The notes under the pieces are model-generated. The model had not been told where the DNA came from, ran no database searches, and worked only from the letters and a program-made list of their open reading frames with translations. DNA of 43,380 bases, from positions 1-43,380 of the IMG/VR virus record IMGVR_UViG_3300045988_083803; one strand, written 5' to 3'. This DNA comes from a virus. The position numbers and the translations under genes were made by a program. Below are positions 17,414 to 26,310 of the stretch, one piece after another (positions within the stretch are counted from its first letter, which is position 1; each line of letters starts with the position of its first letter).

Positions 17414-19548
17414 TACCGATTTTGTATATAGCAACCGAAAAGCTTTTTAAGTCTCAAGGCTTAGGAGCTTTGGTGGATGTGATCACTTGCAGAGTCACTG
17501 AAGAAAGAAACGGCTCATATGAGTTGACGATGACTTACCCTTTGAACGGTCAGCATTTTAAAGATTTAGAATTATCAAGAATTATCAAAGCCGTACCGTC
17601 CTACAAAACCGATCCAGAACCGTTTCGCATTTACGCTATCAGCAAGCCTTTAAACGGTATTGTAAAGGTAAATGCGGAGCATATCTCATATCAGCTATCA
17701 CATATACCAGTAGCACCCTTTGAAGCATCTAACGTAGTGGAGGCAATGGATAACCTCAAAAAGTACTCAGCAGAGGATAACCCTTTTTCTTTCTGGACTA
17801 GCAAAGAAACGCAAGCAAAAATGGCTTTTACAGTTCCGACCTCTTGCCGTGCTCTGCTTGGTGGTGTAGAAGGGAGCATTTTGGATACCTACAAGGGAGA
17901 GTATGAGTTTGCTGGGTACACTGTAAAGCTACATCAAAACCGAGGATCGAATAAAGGTGTGACAATCAGATATGGAAAGAACCTCACCGATCTAAAGCAA
18001 GAGGAAAGCATTGCAAATACGATCACTGGTATCTGCCCATACTGGAAGAGTGAGGAAACGGAAGAAGTTGTAACACTTCCAGAAGTATCAGTTTACAGCA
18101 AGTATGCGAATAACTTCCCATATAAGCGGACTGCGGTACATGATTTTTCGGCAAGCTTTGAGGAAAAGCCGACAGTCGCACAGCTTAGAACCAAGGCAGA
18201 AAGCTACATTACGCAGAGTGGTGTAGGTGTGCCTGATGTATCCCTTACAGTATCTTTTGTAGTGCTGTCGCAGTTTGAAGAGTACAAAGATATAGCTGCA
18301 TTAGAGTCCGTCAACCTATGCGATACAGTAAATGTTATATTTGAGGATTTGGGTATCAACACAACTGCAAAAGTTGTGAAAACCGTGTATGACGTGCTAC
18401 TTGATAAGTACGATAGTATCACGGTTGGAAGTACTCAAAACAGCCTCACCAAGAAGCTCACAGAGATTGACGAGAACACGCAAGAGGAAATCAACAAGGA
18501 AACCTCTGCCAGAAAAAGAGCGATTACAGAGCTTGTAAAGAAGGTAGAGCAGGGCAGCGGTTTGTATGTAACTGATAAAGGAACTGGTGGGGCGCATGAT
18601 TGGTTTTTGCATGATAAGCCAGTCCTTGAAGAATCTCAGACCATCATTCGTATCAATGATGGTGGCATAATTTTTTCTGTTGATGGTGGCGAGACTTACA
18701 ATGGCTTAGATTGGAGCGGTACAGCAATCTTGCAAAAAATCTACACTGTGGGCATCAACGCAGCGTATATAGATACTGGACAGCTAAAGGTTGTAGATAA
18801 CACTGGAAAGACTCTTTTTTGTGCCGATATGGACTCAGGTGAAGTAACTATAAACTCTGGCTTGCTTAAAGTTGGTGCAGGATATATTAACACTGACGGA
18901 CGTTTTAAAATTGGCTCTATGTATTCGCAGGGTGGAGTATATAACAAAGATACAGGGATATACGAGCGACAAGATGTGTGTTTTGATAAGGCAATATTTA
19001 TCAATTATGGAATTGAGCTTTACGGTAACAACGACTCAGCTGAGGGCGTTGCATACTGTGATTTTCACTCTGGGTCAGACGTGACGACAGGTGATAGCTT
19101 GTATGATTACACTGGACGTTTGCAAAATTATCTTGCACCAACTGGGACGAGCGAGTTTACGTTTTCTGGAAAAAAGAAAGTTGATGATACAGAGGCAGGT
19201 ACTTGCACAGTAGCAGTAAACGGAACTATTGTGCATTCGTCTGACAGGCGATTAAAGGATAACATTGAAGATATATCTTGTGATACTGCAACAGACTGGA
19301 TAATGGCTCTAAACCCAGTGAAGTATAATTATAAAGCTGATAGTGAGCTTAAAGTGCATCATGGACTTGTATATCAAGAGGTGCAAGAAACCGCCAAAGA
19401 ATTATCTATGGATAATCTGGCACTGCTTCAAGAGTTCCGAGGAGCTGATAAAGTGGTTTACGGTGCTATCGGATATGAAGAACTGATAGCCGATCTTATA
19501 AAAGTGGTACAAAACCATGAAAAAATCTTGAGAGGAGAACAAAAATGA
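17410..19548 (+). CDS. Tail-associated protein (Tal) with a C-terminal peptidase-S74 intramolecular chaperone domain
   Basis: TTG 17410 lies 8 nt after GGGAGGTGG (the ORF track starts at GTG 17398). The C-terminus SSDRRLKDNIEDI...LNPVKYNYK...GLVYQEVQE is the S74 auto-cleaving motif. Confidence 0.8.
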   Translation: MIPILYIATEKLFKSQGLGALVDVITCRVTEERNGSYELTMTYPLNGQHFKDLELSRIIKAVPSYKTDPEPFRIYAISKPLNGIVKVNAEHISYQLSHIPVAPFEASNVVEAMDNLKKYSAEDNPFSFWTSKETQAKMAFTVPTSCRALLGGVEGSILDTYKGEYEFAGYTVKLHQNRGSNKGVTIRYGKNLTDLKQEESIANTITGICPYWKSEETEEVVTLPEVSVYSKYANNFPYKRTAVHDFSASFEEKPTVAQLRTKAESYITQSGVGVPDVSLTVSFVVLSQFEEYKDIAALESVNLCDTVNVIFEDLGINTTAKVVKTVYDVLLDKYDSITVGSTQNSLTKKLTEIDENTQEEINKETSARKRAITELVKKVEQGSGLYVTDKGTGGAHDWFLHDKPVLEESQTIIRINDGGIIFSVDGGETYNGLDWSGTAILQKIYTVGINAAYIDTGQLKVVDNTGKTLFCADMDSGEVTINSGLLKVGAGYINTDGRFKIGSMYSQGGVYNKDTGIYERQDVCFDKAIFINYGIELYGNNDSAEGVAYCDFHSGSDVTTGDSLYDYTGRLQNYLAPTGTSEFTFSGKKKVDDTEAGTCTVAVNGTIVHSSDRRLKDNIEDISCDTATDWIMALNPVKYNYKADSELKVHHGLVYQEVQETAKELSMDNLALLQEFRGADKVVYGAIGYEELIADLIKVVQNHEKILRGEQK

Positions 19549-21644
19549 TTAAAGCAATTTATGATTTGGATATGACACCAAGAAGAAGCCTTCCAATCAT
19601 CATCAACGTTTCGCAGAATGATGATCTTGGAAGAACGCTCGTCTTTAACCTCTTTTCTTCAACTGGAACATGGACAGCACCAGACAGCGCAACCGCAACC
19701 CTCGAAGGTGGAAAGCCAGATGGAAAGTTCTTTTCTTTTAACTGCACATACTCTAAAGGAACGGTAACAGCGATCATCCAACAGCAGATGACTGCTGTAT
19801 CTGGAAAGGTTGTTTGCAAGGTAAAGGTGCAGTCTGGAAACAAGGTGATTGAGTCCGCGCCAATCTACATGATGGTAGATGCAGCAGGCATTCCAGATGG
19901 TGCAGACATGTCTAAGTCTGATGTTAACGATGCAGTGGCAGCGGCTACTAAAAAGATTGTTGAGCAGGTAGCAGGAAGTATACCATCTGATTACTCCGCA
20001 CTTAGCAAATCAGTTGATGAACTAAAGCAGGATTTAGGTGAGCTAAAAGATGCAACGAATGCTTTGCTATCTAACAATTTGCTAAACCCGAACAAAGTAA
20101 AAACAAATACGGAAATTAAGCAAACAACAGGCGAAGAATCACAAAATAACGGGTACTCTGTCACCGATTTTATGGAAGTAACAGAAGGGTTAAAGTATGT
20201 TTATGCATCAACTCAAGCGTTTTCATTTTTAAGAATCTGTTATTACTCTTCAAAAAATGCTTATATTAACGGAATAACTCTAAATGTTTACGAAAGAGAG
20301 CATATCATAGAAATCCCAAGTGGAGTAAAACTAATCAGGTTAATGGTGCGGGGCAATATAACACAAGATTGTTGGTTTGGAGAATCTGAAACAACGGATT
20401 ATTTGTATTCTGTGTATGGTTATTGCGGAAACAATGCAGTAGAAAAGTCTACGGTAAAGATAGATTACGCACTGTATAACACAGATAATATGTATGATTC
20501 TTCTGATAATAGAAATGCCAAAGGGAAAATTATCAATTGGAACAGAATGAATATTAGAGGATGTGTTTATACAGAAACTTTTGAAGACAATGCATCGTAT
20601 CATGTTTCAATGCCGATGCCAGTAAAATATGGAAAAACATACTACATGTATGGGAACAACGCAGGGAAATATGTTAGATTACAATGTCGTAGGTGGTACA
20701 TGTTAGACAAGGACTTAAAGATACTAGGAAGAGTCCTTGAAGCGGATAATGTAACTATAGATAATCCTTATGTTTCTTTTATTGTTTTTAACAATGAACT
20801 TGCATATAAAAACGATATTGTTATAACAGATAATCAAAATCAAGATGATGTACAAGACAACAATTTATATCAGAAACGTCTATCTGATGATACAGGATAC
20901 CTTATGTCAAAAAAGACCGCATTTGATTGGACTGGTAAAAACATTTGCGGATATGGTGATAGCATTACCCAATATGGATTTTGGATTCCTATAGTTGCTA
21001 AATGGTTCGGATTTTCCAAATACTATAATTATGGTTTAAGCGGTTCACATGTCGGAGATTGGGATGCTGATTCTGATTGGTGGGTTGGCTCTGAAAATTT
21101 TAAGGTGTATGGAAGTACTGCGAGTATAGCAGAAAAGCCCGCAAATGATGCAGTTGTTGTAAACGGAAGTTTTAGTAAACAATCAAGAATAGATTGTATT
21201 CCATCCGATACGGACGTGATTTTGATTATGGGCGGAACAAATGATATGCCTAGTGGTGTACCAATTGGTGAACTGAAATTTGGAATTGATTATGATACGA
21301 CCACTTTCAAAGGAGCGTTAGCAGAAACCGTAAAACGAGTTCAAACAAAACTTCCAAACGCACAAGTTGTATTGATGACCTGCATATACAATACAAAAAA
21401 CGACATAACTCCATACAACAAAGCAATTAAAGAAGTCGCTGACGAACTTGGATTGCATTATATTGATACACATGCATGTGGAATCAACAGATTTAATGCT
21501 AATGAGAAATTGCGAGATGGGACACATCCGACATACAATGACGGAAAATATACAGGTTCATTTATGATGGCAAGCACAATTATTAGTGGCTTACAAAATA
21601 TAAGGCCTCATTATAATGATTCATATCGTTATACGGTTAATTAA
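19545..21644 (+). CDS. Receptor-binding / baseplate upper protein (BppU-like N-terminus) fused to a C-terminal SGNH/GDSL esterase
   Basis: The N-terminus fits the BppU_N pattern. SGNH blocks are ICGYGDSITQYG, IMGGTNDMP and DGTHPT. The distal two-thirds is visibly AT-rich. Confidence 0.75.
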   Translation: MIKAIYDLDMTPRRSLPIIINVSQNDDLGRTLVFNLFSSTGTWTAPDSATATLEGGKPDGKFFSFNCTYSKGTVTAIIQQQMTAVSGKVVCKVKVQSGNKVIESAPIYMMVDAAGIPDGADMSKSDVNDAVAAATKKIVEQVAGSIPSDYSALSKSVDELKQDLGELKDATNALLSNNLLNPNKVKTNTEIKQTTGEESQNNGYSVTDFMEVTEGLKYVYASTQAFSFLRICYYSSKNAYINGITLNVYEREHIIEIPSGVKLIRLMVRGNITQDCWFGESETTDYLYSVYGYCGNNAVEKSTVKIDYALYNTDNMYDSSDNRNAKGKIINWNRMNIRGCVYTETFEDNASYHVSMPMPVKYGKTYYMYGNNAGKYVRLQCRRWYMLDKDLKILGRVLEADNVTIDNPYVSFIVFNNELAYKNDIVITDNQNQDDVQDNNLYQKRLSDDTGYLMSKKTAFDWTGKNICGYGDSITQYGFWIPIVAKWFGFSKYYNYGLSGSHVGDWDADSDWWVGSENFKVYGSTASIAEKPANDAVVVNGSFSKQSRIDCIPSDTDVILIMGGTNDMPSGVPIGELKFGIDYDTTTFKGALAETVKRVQTKLPNAQVVLMTCIYNTKNDITPYNKAIKEVADELGLHYIDTHACGINRFNANEKLRDGTHPTYNDGKYTGSFMMASTIISGLQNIRPHYNDSYRYTVN

Positions 21645-21667
21645 CTATAGGAAGCTATAGTTAATTA
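21638..21667 (+). terminator. 13-bp AT-rich hairpin at the end of the tail operon (weak terminator)
   Basis: TAATTAACTATAG-GAAG-CTATAGTTAATTA. The stop codon lies inside the left arm. There is no clear U-tract. Confidence 0.4.
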
Positions 21668-21776
21668 CTTGTGTCAGGAGGAAGAACTTGAAAAGATACC
21701 ACTTTATCGCGTTGGTACGTGCTGAACCGCGTACGAAAGAAAATTAAAAAAAGACTCAAAATAAGGAGAAAATGGC

Positions 21777-22043
21777 ATGGCACTTTTGGAAACCCTGATA
21801 CCTGCATGTATATCAGCAGGAGTTACCTTGCTTGTGTGCCTCATCAATAATCATGGACAGCAGGAACGCACACGGGCACTTATGGAATATAAGTTGGATG
21901 AGCTTGCAAAGAGAGTTGATAAACACAATTCGGTGATCGAGCGGACTTATAATCTCGAAAAGGACATGGCGGTTGTGATGGAAAAAATCGGTGTAGCAAA
22001 TCACCGAATCAAAGATTTGGAGCAGGAGGAAAAAGAGGAATGA
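21777..22043 (+). CDS. N-terminally membrane-anchored coiled-coil protein, lysis-cassette associated
   Basis: TAAGGAG RBS. TM segment LIPACISAGVTLLVCLI followed by a charged coiled coil. ATGA-coupled to the holin. Confidence 0.5.
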   Translation: MALLETLIPACISAGVTLLVCLINNHGQQERTRALMEYKLDELAKRVDKHNSVIERTYNLEKDMAVVMEKIGVANHRIKDLEQEEKEE

Positions 22044-22228
22044 AGAAGTGGTTAAAAACCGTAGGTATCAGATGTGTTAAGACTATGGCACAGGCAGCAA
22101 TTGGAGTCATTGGCTCCTCTGCCATGCTTGCCGAGGTAGATTGGAAGGTATGCCTATCAACTGTGGTTCTGGCAGGTATCACTTGCATCTTGATGAACGT
22201 AAGCCAGATCAAGGAAACGGAGGTATGA
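22040..22228 (+). CDS. Holin (two TM segments)
   Basis: 62 aa with TM segments TMAQAAIGVIGSSAML and VCLSTVVLAGITCILMNV and a charged C-terminus. It lies upstream of the endolysin. Confidence 0.6.
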   Translation: MKKWLKTVGIRCVKTMAQAAIGVIGSSAMLAEVDWKVCLSTVVLAGITCILMNVSQIKETEV

Positions 22229-22554
22229 AAATGAAAGCTATGTTATCGCAGCCAATGGCGGGCAAAACTGATGAGGAAATTGTTGCAACAAGAGAAAAGG
22301 CTGTTACAGCTTTAGAGGCGAAGGGCTATGAAATCGTAAATACTCTTTTTACAGACGAGTGGTACAGCAATGAAGCTATGAAGGAACGCGGTGTTGTACA
22401 GATTCCACTCTGTTTCTTAGCTAAGTCTCTGGAGAACATGAGCCTGTGCCATGCTGCATATTTCTGCAAGGGATGGGAAAAGGCTAGAGGATGCCGTATT
22501 GAACATGATGCAGCAGTAGCTTATGGATTAACAATCATCTACGAGGAGGACTAG
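22225..22554 (+). CDS. DUF4406 / nucleoside 2-deoxyribosyltransferase-like protein
   Basis: ATGA overlap with the holin stop. SQPMAGKTDEEI...GWEKARGCRIEHDAAVAYGL matches the DUF4406 pattern from memory. Confidence 0.55.
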   Translation: MKMKAMLSQPMAGKTDEEIVATREKAVTALEAKGYEIVNTLFTDEWYSNEAMKERGVVQIPLCFLAKSLENMSLCHAAYFCKGWEKARGCRIEHDAAVAYGLTIIYEED

Positions 22555-22557
22555 TTA

Positions 22558-23538
22558 ATGATACATGTAGGTAGTGCAAGAATTGATGAGAACGGCAAGC
22601 TGATTGGTGGGCAGGCAGGAGATCAGACAGGGCAGGAAGTAGCTGTAGAAGCATGGTATCGCCATGATAAGGGGTGGGTAGTCATCCGTGCTAAAGATGC
22701 AGCAGTGCGTGAGCGCATTGCACAGTGCATGGAAGCAGCGTGCGCAAATAATAATGTTGGTTACGATCAGTCTGCGTCTTGGGAATTGTACGACAAGGCT
22801 AAGCAGTACGGATGGGATTGTAGCAAGGTTAACACCCCAGTGGAGACAGACTGTAGCAGCCTTGTACGTGTATGTGTAGCTTTTGCTATTGGCAAGGATG
22901 TGCCGTGGTTTTCAACAGCTAATCAGGTGCTTGTACTTGATGCAACAAAGCTTTTTGATGTTATTACAGATACAAGTGTTACCAATCATGATACCGCCCT
23001 TAAACGTGGGGATATTCTCTGCACACGCACACAGGGGCACACCGTGGTAGTCCTTGATAACGGATCAGCAGTAAGCGGCAGCACCTCAAAGCCATCAGAG
23101 GGCAATACAAGCTTCTGCGGCAAGGGTATCGGAACGGCAGTTGCAAAGACTGCAATGCATATTAGAGACGGAGCAAAAGACTCTGCAAACTCTCTTGCTA
23201 TCATCCAAAAGGGAACGGCAGTAGAAGTACTTGAAGTAACCGCTGATTTTTGGTACAAAATCGTGTGGCCAGGTGCATCATGTGGCTACGCATATACTAA
23301 GGGCGGTGAAGTGTACTACAGCTATACAGCTATCAAGTCCACAGCTATCAGCGTGGGCGATGCGGTATACTTTTCTGGTGGTGCGCAGTATATCTCCGCA
23401 TGGGCTACAACACCAGTAGCAGCTAAGGCAGGAAAAGCAAAAGTTACACAGCTTTGTGCGACTGGTAAGCATAACTATCACATCGTAGGCGATGGAGTCT
23501 ATGGTTGGGTAGATGGATCTACTTTAAAAAAGGAGTAA
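22558..23538 (+). CDS. Endolysin: NlpC/P60-like cysteine peptidase plus SH3b-type wall-binding repeats
   Basis: Catalytic-type Cys in ETDCSSLVRV and His in GDILCTRTQGHTVVVLDNG. The C-terminus has WYKIVWPG...GYAYTKGG and YHIVGDGVYGWVDGSTL. Confidence 0.8.
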   Translation: MIHVGSARIDENGKLIGGQAGDQTGQEVAVEAWYRHDKGWVVIRAKDAAVRERIAQCMEAACANNNVGYDQSASWELYDKAKQYGWDCSKVNTPVETDCSSLVRVCVAFAIGKDVPWFSTANQVLVLDATKLFDVITDTSVTNHDTALKRGDILCTRTQGHTVVVLDNGSAVSGSTSKPSEGNTSFCGKGIGTAVAKTAMHIRDGAKDSANSLAIIQKGTAVEVLEVTADFWYKIVWPGASCGYAYTKGGEVYYSYTAIKSTAISVGDAVYFSGGAQYISAWATTPVAAKAGKAKVTQLCATGKHNYHIVGDGVYGWVDGSTLKKE

Positions 23539-23540
23539 GT

Positions 23541-23681
23541 ATGGATGCAAAGAGAATGCTTTTAGAGGATGCAATCGAGACGGCTATTAAAGCAGAAAGG
23601 AAATTTTTGCTTTGTCGTGCAATGCTGATTGCATCCGTGGCGGTGAACGTGTGCCTAGTGGCTTATATGTTGGCGAGGTGA
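23541..23681 (+). CDS. Small C-terminally membrane-anchored protein (46 aa, not in the ORF track)
   Basis: AAGGAG RBS. Encodes MDAKRMLLEDAIETAIKAERKFLLCRAMLIASVAVNVCLVAYMLAR. It directly follows the endolysin. Confidence 0.45.
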   Translation: MDAKRMLLEDAIETAIKAERKFLLCRAMLIASVAVNVCLVAYMLAR

Positions 23682-23685
23682 TTCT

Positions 23686-23943
23686 ATGGATAGAGGACTT
23701 GTAAAAGCATTCTGGAATTGCGGAGACAATACGATAATCGAGTTTGCATTGATGAGGGCGAGGCTTAACCAGAGGGAGAAAGAGGCGGTTGCATACCTCT
23801 TGGACGATTGCTTGTCGCAGGAGCAGGCAGCTGAAAAGATGTGTGTAAGTACCAGAAGATTTCAAGAATATTGGTACTCTGCAACCGATAAACTCTTGGC
23901 TCTGCCTTGGTTGGTAGCCTATGCAAATGAATTAAAAAAATAA
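23686..23943 (+). CDS. Second sigma-70 region-4-like HTH regulator
   Basis: LNQREKEAVAYLLDDCLSQEQAAEKMCVSTRRFQEYW is a region-4-type HTH. Confidence 0.5.
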   Translation: MDRGLVKAFWNCGDNTIIEFALMRARLNQREKEAVAYLLDDCLSQEQAAEKMCVSTRRFQEYWYSATDKLLALPWLVAYANELKK

Positions 23944-23948
23944 TTTTT

Positions 23949-23974
23949 AGGGAGCTTTTGTGGCTCCCTTTTTT
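23949..23974 (+). terminator. Intrinsic terminator ending the late/lysis operon
   Basis: AGGGAGC-TTTTGTG-GCTCCCT followed by TTTTT. Confidence 0.8.
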
Positions 23975-23984
23975 AGTGAAAGCG

Positions 23985-24013
23985 TTGACGGATGCCAAAA
24001 TAAGATGTACAAT
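23985..24013 (+). promoter_or_regulatory. Sigma-A-type promoter of the moron
   Basis: TTGACG, a 17-nt spacer, then TACAAT. Confidence 0.7.
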
Positions 24014-24047
24014 GAGCTAGAAAAATATCTCACGGAGGGAAGGAAAC

Positions 24048-24614
24048 ATGAGAAAAGTATTTTATGCGCTTGCAGCTGCATCTATGCTTATGGCATCGGT
24101 AGCACCTACAATGGCAGAGGAAACCACAGAGGCTCAAACTGTAATCGAAGGAGACGAGGACAGCATAGAGGGAATTGAAGCTCTTTTGCAGCAACTTGAT
24201 AAGCGCATCGCAGAGTTGAAAATCAAATTAAAGGAGCTGAGAGGTGAAACCGCAGTACAAGAGGGCGATGTGATCTACCAAGATGATATGATTATCTTAA
24301 CTTATGATGGCATCACGGACGAGTACGGAAGATATGATATCAAGTTTACTGCCGAAAATCTTACCGATAAAAAGATTCGTGTTCAGACGGCTGACGCATC
24401 TATAAACAACATTATGACGTACTCAATGTTTGCGGCAGGCATGGAGGCAAACAAGACGGCAAAGGGAACCTTGACCATCACTGACGAGGTTGAAGTTGAG
24501 AGCCTTGAAGATTTGGAGACGATGGAGTTTAAGATTCAAGTTCTGGACGATACCACATATCAAGAACTTTTACTTACCGAACCTATCACCCTTAATTTTG
24601 ATTTGAGTGAGTAA
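24048..24614 (+). CDS. Secreted protein (signal peptide), moron gene 1
   Basis: MRKVFYALAAASMLMASVAPTMA-EE is a signal peptide. It is followed by a coiled coil and a beta-rich domain. Confidence 0.6.
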   Translation: MRKVFYALAAASMLMASVAPTMAEETTEAQTVIEGDEDSIEGIEALLQQLDKRIAELKIKLKELRGETAVQEGDVIYQDDMIILTYDGITDEYGRYDIKFTAENLTDKKIRVQTADASINNIMTYSMFAAGMEANKTAKGTLTITDEVEVESLEDLETMEFKIQVLDDTTYQELLLTEPITLNFDLSE

Positions 24615-24625
24615 AGGTGGTGCTT

Positions 24626-25147
24626 ATGGCAAAGACTATAAAATGCCCTAACTGTGGGGCAAGTATAAAGGGGAATGCGAAATCTTGTGAGTTTTGTGGC
24701 ACTCAGTTCTCGGCAGAGGTGCTAAAAGAGAACGAGAAAGCAAATAAAGCAGGGTGTCCAAAGTGTGGTAGTACAAATGTAACTTTTAGCCGTGAGAAGC
24801 AACGCGAGATCACAGCAGGAAAGAACACTGTAGCGATCAGATCAACCGTGGGAGTGTGCAAAGATTGCGGCTATACATGGGATGCAAGTGCAGGTGCGCA
24901 ACAGCCGAAGGAAAAGAAAAGAACTTGGCTTTGGGTTTTGGGATGGCTTTTTATCTTTCCAGTACCTTTAACAATTTTACTTTTACGTCCAACCACTCAA
25001 ATGGACAGTAAAGCCAGATGCGGCATCATCGTTGCTGCATGGGTGCTGTATGTGCTGATAATCGGTGGATCAGCTGCCAACAACAAGAATGCAGATCAGC
25101 CACCACAAACAGCGATAGAAACACAAGCAGAGCTTACAACTGAATAA
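24626..25147 (+). CDS. Double zinc-ribbon membrane protein, moron gene 2
   Basis: AAAGGTGG RBS. Zn-ribbon motifs CPNCG...CEFCG and CPKCG...CKDCG, then two TM helices (WLWVLGWLFIFPVPLTILLL and IIVAAWVLYVLIIGG). Confidence 0.6.
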   Translation: MAKTIKCPNCGASIKGNAKSCEFCGTQFSAEVLKENEKANKAGCPKCGSTNVTFSREKQREITAGKNTVAIRSTVGVCKDCGYTWDASAGAQQPKEKKRTWLWVLGWLFIFPVPLTILLLRPTTQMDSKARCGIIVAAWVLYVLIIGGSAANNKNADQPPQTAIETQAELTTE

Positions 25148-25158
25148 AAAAATAAATT

Positions 25159-25186
25159 GAGCTTACCAAACGGTAGGCTCTTTTTT
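25159..25186 (+). terminator. Intrinsic terminator
   Basis: GAGCTTACC-AAAC-GGTAGGCTC (one G-U pair) followed by TTTTTT. Confidence 0.8.
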
Positions 25187-25263
25187 ATGCGCAAAATTAT
25201 CGTTTCTGCATCGTGTATCTTTCAAAGCCTTTGTGCGATGATATGAGCAGGAGGAATGAGAGC

Positions 25264-25647
25264 ATGTATAAAAAGTATAATCCAAATCCAGAAGCCGCGA
25301 GAGTAGGAGATTGCACGGTAAGAGCATTGTGCAAAGCTCTCAACCAAGACTGGGACAAAACTTACCTACAGCTATGTATACAAGGCTTGCTAATGGCAGA
25401 TATGCCATCTGCTAACGCTGTGTGGGGTGCATTTTTGAGCCAGAACGGTTTTAAACGTGGCATAGTTTCGGAATCATGTCCAGTATGCTACACTGTCGCA
25501 GATTTTGCAGCTGAACACCCTCACGGGGTATATGTAATTGCGTTAGGCAGCCATGTTGTAACGGTAGTGGATGGGAATTATTTTGATACATGGGACTCTG
25601 GGCAGGAAATCCCCCTCTACTTTTGGGAAAGGAGTGATGAAGCATGA
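25264..25647 (+). CDS. Accessory cassette gene 1: papain/C39-like Cys...His protein
   Basis: AGGAGGA RBS. GDCTVRALCKAL ... SHVVTVVDGNYFDTWDSG has the layout of a cysteine-peptidase fold (inference). Confidence 0.5.
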   Translation: MYKKYNPNPEAARVGDCTVRALCKALNQDWDKTYLQLCIQGLLMADMPSANAVWGAFLSQNGFKRGIVSESCPVCYTVADFAAEHPHGVYVIALGSHVVTVVDGNYFDTWDSGQEIPLYFWERSDEA

Positions 25648-26123
25648 ACGGATATAACCCTTACTATGGATATCAACCTTATAGCCCACCAGTCCCAGAT
25701 CAGCTAGCGCAACTGCGGTACAATCAGGGGATGCAGCAAGGAATGCAGCAGGGCTTTCAAGGGTTCGGGCAGCAAAGCAATGATGAACGTATCTGGGTGC
25801 AGGGTAAGAATGCGGCAGAAGCTTATCTAGTGGCGGCAAATGGCTTTGTAAGACTTTGGGATAGCAACGGACAAGTTTTTTACGAGAAACGAGCTGATGC
25901 ATCAGGGCGACCGTGCATGGAAACCTACGAGTACAAACGACTGGGCGCAGAGCTGCCTAAAACGGGAGCAGAAAGCAAGAGTAGTGTAAATGATTACTCA
26001 AAAGAGATTGATAGCTTGAAGGTACGGCTAGCGGCACTAGAAAAACGTTTAAACGATGGAGGTAGAGCAAATGCAAATGTTTCAGAATCCAATGCAAATG
26101 ATTCAGCAGTTTCAGAAATTTAA
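25644..26123 (+). CDS. Accessory cassette gene 2: Tyr/Pro/Gln-rich N-terminus, small globular core and coiled-coil tail
   Basis: ATGA overlap. Encodes NPYYGYQPYSPPVPDQ...QGMQQGMQQGFQGFGQQ. Confidence 0.55.
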   Translation: MNGYNPYYGYQPYSPPVPDQLAQLRYNQGMQQGMQQGFQGFGQQSNDERIWVQGKNAAEAYLVAANGFVRLWDSNGQVFYEKRADASGRPCMETYEYKRLGAELPKTGAESKSSVNDYSKEIDSLKVRLAALEKRLNDGGRANANVSESNANDSAVSEI

Positions 26124-26259
26124 GCAGCAGTTTACAGGCGATCCAAAGGCAGAGGTGCAGAAGCTCCTCACCTCTGGCAAGATCAATCAGCAGCAACTCA
26201 ATCAGTTGCAAGCAATGGCGCAACAGTTTCAAGGGTTGTTAAATAGCAATGGTAAGTAA
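26071..26259 (+). CDS. Accessory cassette gene 3: 62-aa Gln-rich peptide
   Basis: GGAGGT lies 7 nt before ATG 26071. Encodes MQMFQNPMQMIQQFQKFKQQF...QQQLNQLQAMAQQFQ. It overlaps the gene-2 tail by 53 nt. Confidence 0.45.
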   Translation: MQMFQNPMQMIQQFQKFKQQFTGDPKAEVQKLLTSGKINQQQLNQLQAMAQQFQGLLNSNGK

Positions 26260-26310
26260 ATCACGCAAAATGCGTTGATTATACAAAAAACTCAGAAAGG
26301 AGAAAAATTT

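Noticed and set aside
21688-21747. A 19-codon ORF (MKRYHFIALVRAEPRTKEN) with a good GGAGGA RBS in the gap between the tail and lysis genes.
   Set aside because: It is too short to support from sequence alone and could be a fortuitous SD-TTG pair. It is worth checking only if Ribo-seq data exist.
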